Under the pieces are notes generated by a model. It was not told the origin of the DNA. It did no database searches and saw nothing but the letters and a program-made list of their open reading frames with translations. A program made the position numbers and the translations under genes. Of a stretch of 64,000 bases of DNA, positions 17,880 through 34,683 are shown in pieces. Positions within the stretch are counted from its first letter, which is position 1. Every line of letters starts with the position of its first letter. The stretch comes from the human T2T-CHM13v2.0 reference genome, Homo sapiens. Location of the stretch: the NCBI RefSeq assembly GCF_009914755.1, contig NC_060930.1. One strand, given 5' to 3'.

Positions 17880-18030
17880 AAGTATACCCCACTCAGTTTT
17901 CCCATCTGTTAAATGGGATAATACTGATAATTCAATATCTCACCTTGTAAAGTAATTTGGGGGATTAAGTGAAATGTACATTAAAAGCTTTGCACAAGGC
18001 ATGGTACAGGGCTCAATAAATGTTATTGAT
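17880..18030. mobile_element. MIR SINE fragment
   Basis: CTCAGTTTTCCCATCTGTTAAATGGGATAATA core. Confidence 0.65.
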
Positions 18031-18327
18031 TCTTAGTCAAATAAATGGAGTACTAAATGTTTTACTTCCGTAAGCTCATTATCATGGAAGTTTTTCCATA
18101 TTCACTGAAAATTAGCTAGTGTACACTATTTGTGTATAAGTAATCTTTTCCTTTGGGGTACATGTCTGTCCTTATTTTTCCACTCAATCTCTTTGCCATT
18201 TTAGTGATTTTCAACATGATTCCCCTTCTCATTCTACTCTGTCACTTAAAGCTCAGTAATTATTTGTTGAATGTATAAATATTCTAAATGACTTCTGTTT
18301 TTTCTCAATTTTGGATTTTCTGTGATA

Positions 18328-20159
<1,832 letters not shown>

Positions 20160-20939
20160 TAATTTTTACTTCCGTGTTTATAGTTTGAGCAAAAATCTCA
20201 ATTCCTTTGCTACAGATCCCTGCCCAGTTTTGCCCTCTTGTTTTATCTTGGTATCTGAATTAGTACCCAAAAGATGGCAGTTTCTTGGTTGAGCAGAAGT
20301 CATAGCCTAGGGGAGAAAGAAGCTATCTTTGAGACTGGATGCCTATTCTAGGGAAGATCATTACCTAGATCTCAGCTTCTGTCTCCAGCAGTCAACTTTC
20401 TACATCCTACAAAATCCTTTCCTCAGCTATTATTTCTTCTGTGTTCCTTTCTTTTGTTTCCAACATACTGGATTTCTCAAAAGAATATGGCCTTTTCTAC
20501 TGCATTCTCTAGTGTTTTAGAGCCTGGCTTCTGTGCTCACTACTTTCTTGAAAGTTGCTCTCTCAAAGACATTTAAAAATGTCTGGTTGCCACATTCAGT
20601 GGCATTTTATTGTTGCCGTGTTTCTGGCCACATTTAACACTGACAGCTTTTTATTGAGGCAATATGATAGTTCAGTTTAGTTCTAGAGTTTAATAGTCTT
20701 CTAGGGGAGCAACTCTCAAGTCTTTATTTCCAGGTATGTTCATACTTCCCAGATTACAGGCCTGCATTTCCAGCTGTCTGCTAGATACACCCTGTGTACC
20801 ACTGTTACTTCAGCCCATAGGAATGTCAGCTTTCTGTTTCTGCTTTCCAAAGTTATACTATTGGCATTACTATTCTTATAGTCACCTGAGGTTAAAAACT
20901 TAGAGATCACTGACTCCTTGTTTTGTTTTTTAAATAATC

Positions 20940-21334
<395 letters not shown>

Positions 21335-22062
21335 TAATAATCAATCTCTTTTAGTTTTCCATTTTACTTGTATTCTCTTGTATATCCACTACCATACTCT
21401 TCTTGCCATCACCACCATTAGTTCTGCATTGTCATGTGCCTATACTGATTATCTTGCTTTCCCTGCTCTCCATACTCCTCTATGTGATTGATCTTGAAGC
21501 ACAGTTCTCATGTTATTGTCTTATTATTATTTTTTATTTTCTTTTGCCTATTGAATAAAATCTAGGCTTTTAAGCCTGACATTCAAGGCCTGGTTGATGA
21601 AGAAATTGGCATGGATGGAAAGAAAGAATGGAAAAGAATTCAGGTTTGATGCTTGACTCTGCAGTGGTGGATGATGAAGCTGAGCTATAAGTCAATTCAT
21701 TTTTGAACTTGGATATATTAACAGACTTTTGATACCAATTCTAGGTGTAAAGCACTGGATTATAATATTTGTGTCTTTGTAGCACTGTTCTTATATTAAT
21801 TTTCCTTTCCCAAGTAATTGACATGGCCCTAATATTCTACAGGGGTGTAGGTGCTTCCTTTTAGGTCTTGTCATCATTTTACATTTATATATTTTGAATA
21901 TTTTCCTCTGCTGCTTTTGTTCTGGTTATTTTCTGCTACCCACAAAGCTCCCTCTTCAGAGTAATTCTTGCCAGTCCCAACCAAAAAAAACACTGTAGGT
22001 TTAAATGCTAATTTGGTTTGAATAACTGTTAATGACTTCTAAATTTGCTTGATTGTTTATAG

Positions 22063-22143
22063 GAAGGACCATTACGACCTGTTCTTGAATACATTGATCT
22101 GGTCAGCAGTGATGATGAAGAGCCTAGCACCTCTTATACTGAT
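22063..22143 (+). CDS. ZNF451: ZNF451 coding exon 3 ([27 protein letters not shown]), containing the PLRP motif and SIM2
   Basis: TTTATAG| acceptor, |GTAAGT donor, 81 nt, phase 0; tandem-SIM catalytic module of the ZNF451 SUMO E3. Confidence 0.96.
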
Positions 22144-22859
22144 GTAAGTACATTATATTTGATTTGTGTTTCTTCACTTGTGTCTTTTAAGAGGTATTCT
22201 CTAAAGAGAGTTACCAAATCAGGGAAGGCTGTGTTTAGAAATAGCCAGTTCTATTAGAATGGGCTAAAATAGGTAGTCCAAGGAGTCCTTTGCCCAGATC
22301 TCCTACTTCCAGTTTTTTTCCTCTACTTTGAATGAGATTATGAAAAAAATGATAATATGACTCTGGGAAATTCAGAGCCTTAGAGGTGATATCTGATAAA
22401 ATGGAAATGGAATAAAAACTGCAAGCTTATTGATTCCTCTTTCCCTTCTCTTTTCCTTTACTCTCCTCAGGTGCCCTATACAACAGGATTCTTTTGTTCC
22501 AGAACCACATGACCACAGAAAATTTGTTTTCTCTTAGAAAAAAGGATATGTAGAGATCCTTTTAGGAATGGAAAGTGGGGGAAGGGTTTATAGGGGATAT
22601 ATTACTTCAGTCATCATCCCTTTAACCTTGTCTGTGCCCCACATATTTGGAGTTATTTATCTTACCTGTGATGTACTGGTTGTAGGTTTGACCCTTGGAC
22701 CAATACTTCCCTTGCTCTGAGAATTGAACTAGTTGAGCCCTTTGTAACAGTCTTGCCTTTCATTTGTCCTTGCTTTAGCCCAAACTTCTGTTAATGAGCT
22801 GTTTTCATCTTGGATTAGAAAACTCTTAGTTATTGTTCAGAGTGGCCACAAACTTCTTG

Positions 22860-23050
22860 CTCTGTGATATAGGGGATTGAGACTTGGACTTGGAATCAGA
22901 ATACCTGGGTTTGAGTCCCAGCTTTACTCTTTACAAATTCTGTGACTTTGGATAAATTAAGTAACCTTTTAGCCTCCGTTTTTTAATCAAATAATACCTA
23001 CCTCACAGGGTTGTTGTGAGGATGAAATGAGGTAACAAATTATAACTTCT
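22860..23050. mobile_element. MIR SINE
   Basis: GACTTGGAATCAGAATACCTGGGTTTGAGTCCCAGCT...ACCTACCTCACAGGGTTGTTGTGAGGATGAAATGAG. Confidence 0.75.
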
Positions 23051-23604
23051 TATAACTACAAACCATAAAGTAGGACTATACAACTGGGAAGTTTTGTTAT
23101 TCGTGGACAGTGAATGACAGAATTTTCAGAGGTGCCTAAAATGACTCTAATGGGGGAGTTTTAGATTTTTTTTCTTCTCAGTGGAACTTTCCTTAAGTTC
23201 TCTTTGCCATCATTAGCTTCTTGCATATCTTGAGTAGAACTTAACATATCTTGAATGGGATATTTTTTTCTTTTATTCTTATGAGTGGTCTCACACAGGA
23301 CCAAACAGCAGGCCAGCATAGCACCACGTGATCTGAGCTTGTTTTTACTCTCTCCTTTTTCATAAACAGAGTCCCAGATTAATGCCAGTAGTTGATTTTG
23401 GGTCTTTGGGGTAGTGAAGCTTGTGGATTTGACTTCTCTGATTCCTTTTGCTGACCTTGAGTGGATTGTATCTTTCACTGTTAATTATAATAATTTAAAA
23501 ATTGAGTTCTACTTACTGGACATGAATCTCTGCACTTGAAAGTTAACATATTAAAAGCATATTTTTTTTCTTCCTTGGTTTTCTTGTTCATGTGGATAAC
23601 CCAG

Positions 23605-25098
23605 AGAATGCCTGAATCTAAGGTGCCATCCTCTGAGAATCATCGCCCAGAAATGTGCTCTAGCTGCAATGTTCCTCTTCCCATTGGAGATAGCAGCTCC
23701 TTCTCTGGGAGTTGTTCCAGCAGTCCAGAAAGGATAGTTTCTCAAACTTCCTCTGTTGAGAACCCATTGGAGAACCAGAAAAATGATCAAAATAATTCAG
23801 ATACTAAGATCTCTGAGACAGAGACCCTTAAATCATCACAGAATTTTCAGACTCTGCCTTCATCTCCACTTCTGGTCCCCCAAGAATCTTTGGCCTCTTC
23901 TGAGGTCAAAGAGAATTTACGTATAGATTCTTCTTCAGCTTCACAGCATGGACGGGATGCCATCCTCTATCTCCAGACACAAGTAGCTGAAATGTCCCGA
24001 GTGATACGTGATCTGCAGTCCAGGAGCTGTTTTAGATTTCATCATTCTAGGCCAAGTGAGAACTCCTCAGTTCCTTGGGACATCTCCACCTCTAAAGAGG
24101 AAAATTTATCCACAGTTGAAGAAGAAACTGATTACAAATCACCATCAGCTGATGACAAAGGGCAGCCATCTGACCCCAGCCAATCTAGTTTCACAGGTCT
24201 TTTGAAGAGAATGGAACAAAGAGGTGTTATAAAAAGGGTGACATTACAATCTGAAGCGGAGTCATGTGAAGGGAAACCTGATTGTGTGACTTCTAAAAAA
24301 CGTTTGGTTCCTCCATTGCATCCTCTTCTGAGAATTGCCACCACTGAGGTTTTTAAAGACCCTGCTGATTGCCATCCTTCTTCCTTCATGGGACACAGGG
24401 TATATCCTGTGGCCAAGGACACCTCTCCTTTCCAACCAAACCCACCAGCTGAAGGCCCCATTGTAGAAGCATTAGAACACAGCAAAAGAGGAAACACAAC
24501 ATCCCCTCTAGATTCTACCTCAAAAGAAATGGAGGTCATGGGTTGTAGGTTTTACCACGCTGCCTCCATTGCAGCCCGAGCTGCTAGCTACATGGCCTAT
24601 ATGACTCAATATCAGCGTAAACTCTGGGAAGACATGGAAGATCTGGTTCATGACCCAGAATTTGATCGTGGAAAAGCAAGATGCATAATATCTGATGGTA
24701 TGGATGCAGGCCTTTGGCAACTTTGTACTACTAGGGACATAATGGACTCTGTAGTCAGAGTTATGGCCATGGCCATAGACTATAGACGGCAGGCCTGGCT
24801 TCGACTTACATCTCTCACTAAGAAAACCCAGGAGAAGATCTCCCACTTGCCCTTTGATGGTACTTCCCTTTTTGGACAAGATGTGAAAGCTGTTGTTGCA
24901 GAAGACAACAATATAAAAGAAAATGACTATAAAGATCACAAATACTATAATCAGCATCGATACTTTTATAGTCATGATCAGAAAGCACATTATCACAATA
25001 GAGGATACTCCAAAGGGGATTGGTACAAACCTCGAAACCACCCCTATAGATATAGAAAGAAGGGAGACTCTCCAGAACGCCATGGGTACAAGAATTAA
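23605..25098 (+). CDS. ZNF451: ZNF451 alternative terminal exon (short isoform, ZNF451-3) encoding the LAP2alpha domain, a domesticated DIRS1-like gag
   Basis: Acceptor CCCAG| is in phase 0 with exon 3; 497 open codons to TAA; 62+497 = 559 aa. DIRS gag-type motifs RRQAWLR and HLPFDGTSLFG are present. Confidence 0.93.
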   Translation, partial: RMPESKVPSSENHRPEMCSSCNVPLPIGDSSSFSGSCSSSPERIVSQTSSVENPLENQKNDQNNSDTKISETETLKSSQNFQTLPSSPLLVPQESLASSEVKENLRIDSSSASQHGRDAILYLQTQVAEMSRVIRDLQSRSCFRFHHSRPSENSSVPWDISTSKEENLSTVEEETDYKSPSADDKGQPSDPSQSSFTGLLKRMEQRGVIKRVTLQSEAESCEGKPDCVTSKKRLVPPLHPLLRIATTEVFKDPADCHPSSFMGHRVYPVAKDTSPFQPNPPAEGPIVEALEHSKRGNTTSPLDSTSKEMEVMGCRFYHAASIAARAASYMAYMTQYQRKLWEDMEDLVHDPEFDRGKARCIISDGMDAGLWQLCTTRDIMDSVVRVMAMAIDYRRQAWLRLTSLTKKTQEKISHLPFDGTSLFGQDVKAVVAEDNNIKENDYKDHKYYNQHRYFYSHDQKAHYHNRGYSKGDWYKPRNHPYRYRKKGDSPERHGYKN

Positions 25099-25181
25099 TA
25101 ACCTGTTTAATGTTCAGCAGAGTAGTCATTCAAGATCCTAACTATTTTACTTGTTCCTCCTTGTACAAATAGGATCTACAG

Positions 25182-26440
25182 GTAGGAGATCATCTCAAAA
25201 ACTGGATGCATGTCTGGAATGATCACAGCTGACATTTGAATTCTAGACTTTTGAAATGAAGTATATAATAAAGAAACTCATGACTTATTGGCCAAGTGAG
25301 CAGTGGAGACTTTCTTGAAAGGGTTGGACAAATGTTTATCCTTTATTTCTGGTCCAAAAATAAGTGTGGAGGAGGACCACTCAGGAATCTGAATCCTCTT
25401 GTGATTAAAGAAAAATATAAAGATGTGTTCCTCAGGAAAATCTTATTTGTAAACTGAGGACTAGCAGATTTTGAATCTAGAAATAATACTAGATGTCTGT
25501 TTACTAAGACCAGAGGTAAATCCTTAACTTTTAGGTTATCAGTGCTTCCTTGTTCAGGCTTCAGTTTGACAGATCTTCACAAAATGACACATCTGTTAAA
25601 ATGTCTTTATGTCAAGATGGTCAACTCACCAAGAGTCCGTACTACTATCAAGCTCTGTGAGACTTCAGAATCAGCCATGAAGCTTTGTGTCAACTGGAAT
25701 TCAAATCAAATTTTGCCAAATCCAGTTTGCTTCCCCTTGGAATGGCTAGATGTCGCAGGTCTATTATGGACACCAACTGGAAAAAGACTTCTACCTGTAA
25801 CATCTCTGTAGAAATTGCACAGTAACTATCTTCATCAAGACTTTGATGGCCACCATACCATCACTACTCATAAAGCTACATGTGAGAGAATTGTTTGTTG
25901 TTATCAATCCTAATAGTCTTTGACCTATCAAGCTCTCGTATCAAGCTGTAAGACTGAGTCATGGTAGTCTCTCACTGTAAGCTGGGCCTTTCACCAAGAT
26001 GGCCTTCTTAAACAACCTACCTTCTAAACATTTAATTCTTTTGAGCTTGATAGTGCATCACACTCTAAATACAAAAAAGATACGCACATCAGTGCCCTGG
26101 AAATAAAGGATGTTACACGATCCAGGCATGCAAATCTGAACTCCTAAGACCAAGAATTCCAAACATGCCTGACAATCTTGTCCCCTTATTGTAATAAAGA
26201 GGGATACCATCAGTCTAGATTTTATTGAGAATCCTTAAGATTTAAAGCATAGCTGTGGATGTGGTGAAGAGAACAAGCCACACAGCTCTGTTTCTGGATA
26301 TCTAAGTGATGATATCCATTAATGATTTGAAAGGCTGAAATCAAGATTTAAGTGATACGCTCTTGGTTAATTGGTTACTTAATTTAGTCAGATTCTTAGT
26401 GTAAGAGACAGCTTATCTTTTTGCTCCCAATTGGTCCCAT
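25182..26440 (+). mobile_element. Decayed DIRS1-like pol remnant (reverse transcriptase, RNase H and following region)
   Basis: Colinear motifs across frameshifts: VGDHLKNWMHVW/ITADI*ILD, LLAK*AVE, VYPLFLVQK, LRNLNPLVIKEKYK, VLP..IFTK, QLEFKSNFAKSSLLP, HISALEIKDV, DN..YCNKEGYHQSR, YLFAPNWSH. Confidence 0.78.
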
Positions 26441-27030
26441 TAATAGTTTTTCACCATACTGGAACTGGCAGCAGATACCTCAATTATATGTCCCACAGTA
26501 TCTTCTCTTTAGACTCAAGGTAGTGGATGTATGGTATATCAGCCCTTAGATCCATGTCTTCACAGCATGACATCAGGAATGGAGAATATGTCAAATTTGA
26601 GGGGTCTGAATACATCACCTAGTATTATTTGCTTGGCAGCCAAAAACAGTTGTTTTTATTGACAGACTTAATTCTGTAACTTCTGCGTTTTTTCATCTGC
26701 TTGATCAAGGCATTTTGGATGTACTGCTAATGGAATATGGCACTGTTTTACGGTTTATGTGGCTTCTGTTCTTGCCACAGTTGTTGCACAGTGGTAATTG
26801 ATGTTTTCTCTGGTGCCACACTTTTTAATAATCTATTGGAAGCTCATTCCTCCTCCCCCATCATAACCATATTCAGCACCCATTTTTAAATCTACTTTTC
26901 TTCCTTATTTGTGCTACAGAGGTTGATGGCGTAAATTTTCCTACTTGGAAGAAATTACTTTATCAGTTAATTTCAGGGTACTGTATTGATCTTGTTTGTC
27001 CTATTTGTAGATTAAACTTGAACTAGTCTT

Positions 27031-27036
27031 AATAAA
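27031..27036 (+). terminator. Candidate polyadenylation signal AATAAA for the LAP2alpha isoform
   Basis: AATAAA preceded by ATTAAA (27011-27016) and followed by GT/T-rich sequence; usage not demonstrated. Confidence 0.35.
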
Positions 27037-28969
27037 GGGGATATTGTTTTGCAAATTTAGCCCAGTCATATCAAGAGTTAATATTTATCTTATTTTTCTG
27101 TATTTTACTCAAAATTTTATTTCCACTTCTGTAGAAATAGGTCCATGCCAGTGTTCTCTACAAAGTGTCTTTCAAACTAAACTCTAGAAGAATATCGATT
27201 ACCTGAACAGAAACAAAGGCCTAAGAAATCATACATTTTTGTAGCTTATGTGTATTGCACCAATCAAGCAATCCCATGTGCTCTTGATATTGGCACTGTA
27301 GTTTTATCTTAGAGGACTTGCCACTGGAGAACTCAGTGGTGAGAGACCTTGGAAATGTTTTATGTGGCTGCACATAAGTGTTTCTGACTAGCTAAGGCTA
27401 CTTCAGACTTTTCACTTTCCATTTGTCCCCTTTTCCTTCCCTGAATTAGATGCTATGTCATAAACTTGGTGGTTTTTGAAATACTCTTATTTCAAACCTT
27501 AAACTAAACCGAAATAAGTTATGCCTGAGAATGCGTTTGTCTGAAACGATTTTGGCACTTCCCTTTAATATGCTTCCCCTTCCCTTTGCCTTTTAAATTG
27601 TGGTTAAAAAAAAAGAAAAAAAAAGGCACATAAAGCTGAGCACCTTAACCATTTTTTAAGCGTATGGTAGTGTTGACTATATTTGCATTGTTGCGCAGCT
27701 CCTCCATTCTTAAATATTTGTAAGATGATGTTGCTGTTCTCTTTTCCTCCTGTGATATTTATGTTGCCCAGTAATAAGTAAAAGTATCCTTTCTTAGTTA
27801 CTCTAACTGATATGCCCAAGTGTCTCCAGATACTCTGTTTTCCTGGAAGTGTAAAGGTATTGGGAAATTATCAAATTGGTGACCAAGTAGTTCTGAAAGG
27901 ATTTGACCGTTTAATAGGGATGGGGACAGAATGCAGATCAGGAAGAGTTTTTAGTAATAGATTAGTTTCTTGATTGCAAAAGAAATATCTTTAATGTGTT
28001 AATTTTTTATTATTTTAAAATCTCTGGCATACTTGAATGATAATGTTATAAAACTTAAAGTGAGGATTTGGTCTAGGGAGATTACCCCAATAGAATCAGA
28101 AACTCTTAGTCAGATAATAAATCCTCATATTATGCCTGCCATGTTCAGAACCTGCAACAAAATTCCCTACTAGGCCAACCTCTAACGTTTAAATACCTCT
28201 AGGTTTTCTAGGAGGCCTTGGAATAGTTGCAAGTTTAATGATCTGGTATTCTCAAAAAGGATGTATCTAATGATCTTGATTCTTCAAAATGTTATTTCTT
28301 GATTAGATATACAATGTATATAGAGACAATATGGTTTCTTGTAGTTACTGTGTATAGAGAAGTACTGTTTCCATTTTTATATGAAGTGCCTTTTTAATTC
28401 TACACTTTTCTTTAAAACTTAAACTTTGATGTCTTGCATATATTGCTGGTGGTATTTATGTGAATTTTGTACAGTGATTTAATCTTGTAGTTTATCATTT
28501 GTACAATTGCACTATCTAAATGTACTCCCTTCTGAATGTTAATTTGTTTTCTTTATAGCACTGTTGATTCATTTCAGAAGGTTGTAGAGTATACCTCCCT
28601 CCCCCTTATTTAACTAACTAGACAGTAGTTCCTTTTTGTTATTAGTGAGTGGCTAATTTTGGGGGGCCTTAAGGCAGCTTTGTTTTCTATAGATATGCTC
28701 TAGGTTTTCTGATTGTCTCGTATCTAACCTTGTTCTTAGCCATGATAACACAACTTATATTTGATAAGTGGATGTGTTTACTTGGTTAGAATAAGCAAGG
28801 ACATTTTTAAAAAGCAGTAAATTTGCTGACACTTTTATCTTTTTTTAAAAGAATGAATGACAGCTTCCTTATCAGTATAATTACATTTAAACTTTTTTTT
28901 TTAAACCGTGTGGCAGCTTCTTTATCAATCAGTATAATTCCATTTATTTACTTAGCCCTCAAAATGACA

Positions 28970-29720
<751 letters not shown>

Positions 29721-30841
29721 TAGTCCAATAATTGATTGTCTCATCTGTATGCATCTTATGCATGTGATTCAATAGACTAGATCGATTCTGTGTGGTTTAT
29801 CATAGTAGATACACAAACCAGTCTTTATTTTTTACTTAAGAAAATATATAAGTGGAAGTTATCAGTAAACTGGTGATTATTGTATTGAATGCAAATCTTT
29901 TTATTATTTTTCCAGATATATTGAGTTTTATAAACCATTAAAATATTATTTTATGAAATTTCCCTTCCTGGATGAACAGAATATTGTTTTATTAAATCTT
30001 CTCTTATTAGTGGAATATTTTTTACTTCTTTGTCTTTTCATTTACTTGTTTTTTGTTATAATGAAAACTTTACTAGTGTTTGGTACCATTGAGATAACTT
30101 ATTACTGGAAATTTTGTTTGCTTCCTGTGGGATATATCTGGAAGTGGTCATAGTCCAACCATGTCCTTTTGATGTTGTTAGCATATCAGTTATTCTATGT
30201 ATTGATCTTTTCTTCTCCTGTATTCAACACCTCTTTCTGAAAGGATGTCTGATCTTCCCATAATCGCTTTGATGTAGATGATATTTTTATTCTATCAGTG
30301 TATACTAGACAGGATTTTGATGTGGCTTTGTATTTGTATATTTAAATACCATGTCTTTAAAGCATTATTAGAAGAGATATTCTAGTTTCTTCTAATGTCC
30401 CTTTTAAAAAAAATATAGCCAGTCCAATATCTCAAACTACTTTGATTTTTGAACTTAAATCAACTTTTAGTGCTACCTTGTTTAATGGTAGTAGTATTTT
30501 CTCATTTCTACATGTTCACACAAGTTTATTATATATAGTTTATGGTCATATGTATCTTATAAAAATTTTGAAGCCCATCCCCATGGATTTATTATAATAC
30601 AGCTCTGATATATCTTAAAGTTAACCCGTTTTCCGTAGATGTTAAGGGCTTTACTGGTTGAGGTAACCTATTTCAAATGGTCTGTTGGGTTTTGTGGTAC
30701 CTTGTCAAGAATTCAATAAGAATTCTCAGGCTGTCTGTATTTTCTTTTAGGACTTTGGAGATCTCTCAAGTTGTACTGTTTTCTAGTATTCCTGAGTATA
30801 TTCCTTTGGTAACGTGAAAGTAAATAGTTTATATTTGATGA

Positions 30842-31141
<300 letters not shown>

Positions 31142-32694
31142 TGTATTTGGTGATATTTTAAAAAATTCTACTTTGACCTTAAGTGCTTCAAGAATTGTGT
31201 TCAGTTAGTAGTCCTTTTGTAAGACTAACTTTCATATGCTATCTTTGCTCCATGAGCTATCATAGTACTGTTTTCTTTCATTACCCGTAAGAGTGGCTCT
31301 ATCACAGCATTTACTGTTAAGGGCTACAGTTAGACCTCTTGTTAACTCTACTTTTATTTGTGATGGCTGTGTTTCACACTACCTTGATTTATAAATGTAG
31401 TAATGTGTTAAATAACTATATGTTGTGGTCCCTTAATACCTCTTTTGATTGGTGAGGTAACAGTGATGTGGATGATGAAATAAAAACGTTTCCCCAAGTC
31501 ACTAAACACAGTTTTCAATTCATTTTTTTTTACATATTTAATTTACATCTAACTACTGTTAGGTATGCAGCCCGTTCCTTTTTGCCTTCAGTAGAATATA
31601 GTTATATAAGTAGTCTCATTTAGATTCTTGGGACAGAACGGCCTGTGTATTGATCTTTCTTTAATGGCTTGGAACAGCTTCTATATATTCTGACAGGTCT
31701 TGGAAGCATGTTAATATCCGTGTGTTTAATTGTCATCTTCCTGCCTGGGAAGGCAGTAGAAGAAAGAATCTACATTTGTATAGTCTGTAGTACAGGCTCT
31801 GTGCTGATTGCAAGGCACTCTTGAGAGAAATTCATTCTTATTTTGCAGAAGAAGAACTGAAACTTCATTAAGTCATTAAGCAACTTGCTCAGGTGGTGGA
31901 ACTGAGCTTTAAATATGGACTTTTTCCAGTCTCAATTCAGCATTATACTAGGCTGCCTCCATGTGTTTTTCAAAGCCCCATTCAAGTTTTACTTCTATGG
32001 TAAACTAATTTTACATACACAAATCTTTTCATTTTCTGAACTTCCTTTATGGCTTTACTGTCACCCCACTAGTATTTGATGTCTTAGCTATTAACTAATT
32101 CCTGATTATTTCACTTGTCACATCAGGAACCCTATCCTCTTAGTTCTCCCATTGAGATTTCACTGCTGGACTAAGATTATTCTTGATTCGTAGTCATTGG
32201 TTTCTGTTTCCATTCATTTTCAGCACTGATTATGTTAATCGTATTGCTTGAGTTTTTTCTTTGTTCAATGTTGTTTATTACATTCATTTTGTTTCATATA
32301 CACACATTTTTTTTTTTTAACTGGCATTTTGAGGATATTGGTTTAATGGAAGGAAAAAGGAATGGTGCAAAGCACATGGTATTTGAATTCCAAAGACCTT
32401 GACCCTCAGCATTAGCAAGTCACTTGTTTTCTGAGCCTCAGTTTTCTTACTCTCAAATGAGGTAATATCCGAAAGTACTTTGACAACACACTAAAGCCTG
32501 ATGCAGATTTCCTTTTTGAAGTAATTGTGCTGTTTCTATTCATATTGGATATGGTATTCTATGGTATTGGCTATAGATACATACATTTTAAAATGTTATT
32601 TAACAGCATGTAAATGTTCATTTCATGCCATGTGATCATGTTCCCCTTTATGATTTTTTAAGGCTGTCTTACAAGCCTAACAGTGTACTAAGTC

Positions 32695-32700
32695 ATTAAA
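32695..32700 (+). terminator. Candidate distal polyadenylation signal ATTAAA
   Basis: Ends a long U-rich, UTR-like stretch; usage inferred only. Confidence 0.3.
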
Positions 32701-33934
32701 AGATATATTTAAAGTAAAATAGTCTCTTTTCTCAAGTACAAGCTAAGAAATGCTCATAATAATAAAATAAGAGAATGTAGAATGAGGAGTTAGAGTGTAT
32801 ATGTATGTGTATACAATTTTTGATAGATGGTATTTTGTTATTTCATATCTGTGTTGAAAACAGTCTTTTAGTTTGTCAGACATCTTTTTCAGTACCTGCT
32901 ATGTGCAGGCAGGTATTGAGAAAGGTCTGAGAATACTGAGGGTTAATAAGAGATGGTATATTCTCCAGAGAAATAAATACCACTAAAGTATAAGAGCAGA
33001 TGTCCTTTTTGGAAGAATGCCTGTGGTGATGGAATAAGAAAAGCCATATAGAGGGGTGAGGAAAAGCTTTTCTTACCAAGTGTGTGAGCTGAGTTTTGGA
33101 GGATGATTAGGCAAGAGTTAGTTGGCCTGGTGGAGAAACAGGAGCCAGACATTCAGCTGGAGGAACAGGAGTGTGGAACAGTGTGGGTAACACAATGGGG
33201 TGTGTCTGGTTTCAGAATTATAAGAAATAGTCTTTAGGGGGAACAGAAATGAAGGAGACTAAATAGATGATGATAAATTATCTGTGAATATGTACTGGTT
33301 CCTACATATTCAAAGTGTGCTAAGTTTGTACAGCCATTACTTGTAAGGTTCTAGGAGTTGTCTCTCTAGGGGTTGGTTTGTACCATAGTCCATTATGTAC
33401 ATCTAGAACAATTCTTTCTTTCCCGGAACTGAGCCCAAGGTGGGCTTTCTACAGTGCACCTCTGGCTCTGGGGCAGCTCAAGCAATCAGAAAGAACTGAG
33501 GCACTGGTAGAAAACAACTCTGAGGATGAACAGGATAATGTTCCTGAAGTGGAATGTGGTATCCCTTCATGGTTAAATGGTTGCATACTTCAGGGTCACC
33601 TATGGAAAGGTGTCCTCAGGGTAGCTAAAAGTGGTTAATTTCCTTGTGTTTTGACTTACAGATCATTTCTAGGTGGACTTGGGGAAAATAAAGTTACTTA
33701 TAAAAATATTGCTTCATTGGCATTTGGAGGTGTTGTATTGAAGGAGGAAGTGGGTTCCTATCACCAGAACCCTCTCTAGGTGTTTCAGATAGGAAACTGG
33801 GTTGTAGACCTTGTCCCAGTAATATCTCCAGCAGCTCCAACACATTTTGTCAACTTCGTATTCGTTTTTTAAGTTTTTTTCCTTGCTGTTGGCCACCTTT
33901 ACCTTCTTTTTTTTTTTTTTCCTTCTTTTTCCCT

Positions 33935-34683
<749 letters not shown>

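Noticed and set aside
23270-23340. Possible left terminal repeat of the DIRS element (TTCTTATGAGTGGTCTCACAC)
   Set aside because: Only a vague resemblance to remembered DIRS termini, and I could not find a matching inverted partner or ICR downstream.
23536-23604. N-terminal 23 codons of the 520-aa ORF as an independent start
   Set aside because: The ORF starts at TTG and runs through the polypyrimidine tract; the acceptor at 23604 explains the true coding start.
24132-25129. Antisense ORFs (135, 187 and 103 aa) over the LAP2alpha exon
   Set aside because: Shadow ORFs of a real coding exon with no recognisable motifs.
25542-25811. 89-aa ORF as a functional micropeptide
   Set aside because: GTG start; better explained as a mosaic of in-frame and out-of-frame decayed RT.
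33378-33860. Coding-looking stretch (LVENNSEDEQDNVPEVECG...) as a pseudogene fragment or cryptic exon
   Set aside because: No recognisable homology and no convincing splice-site pair; needs a BLAST search.
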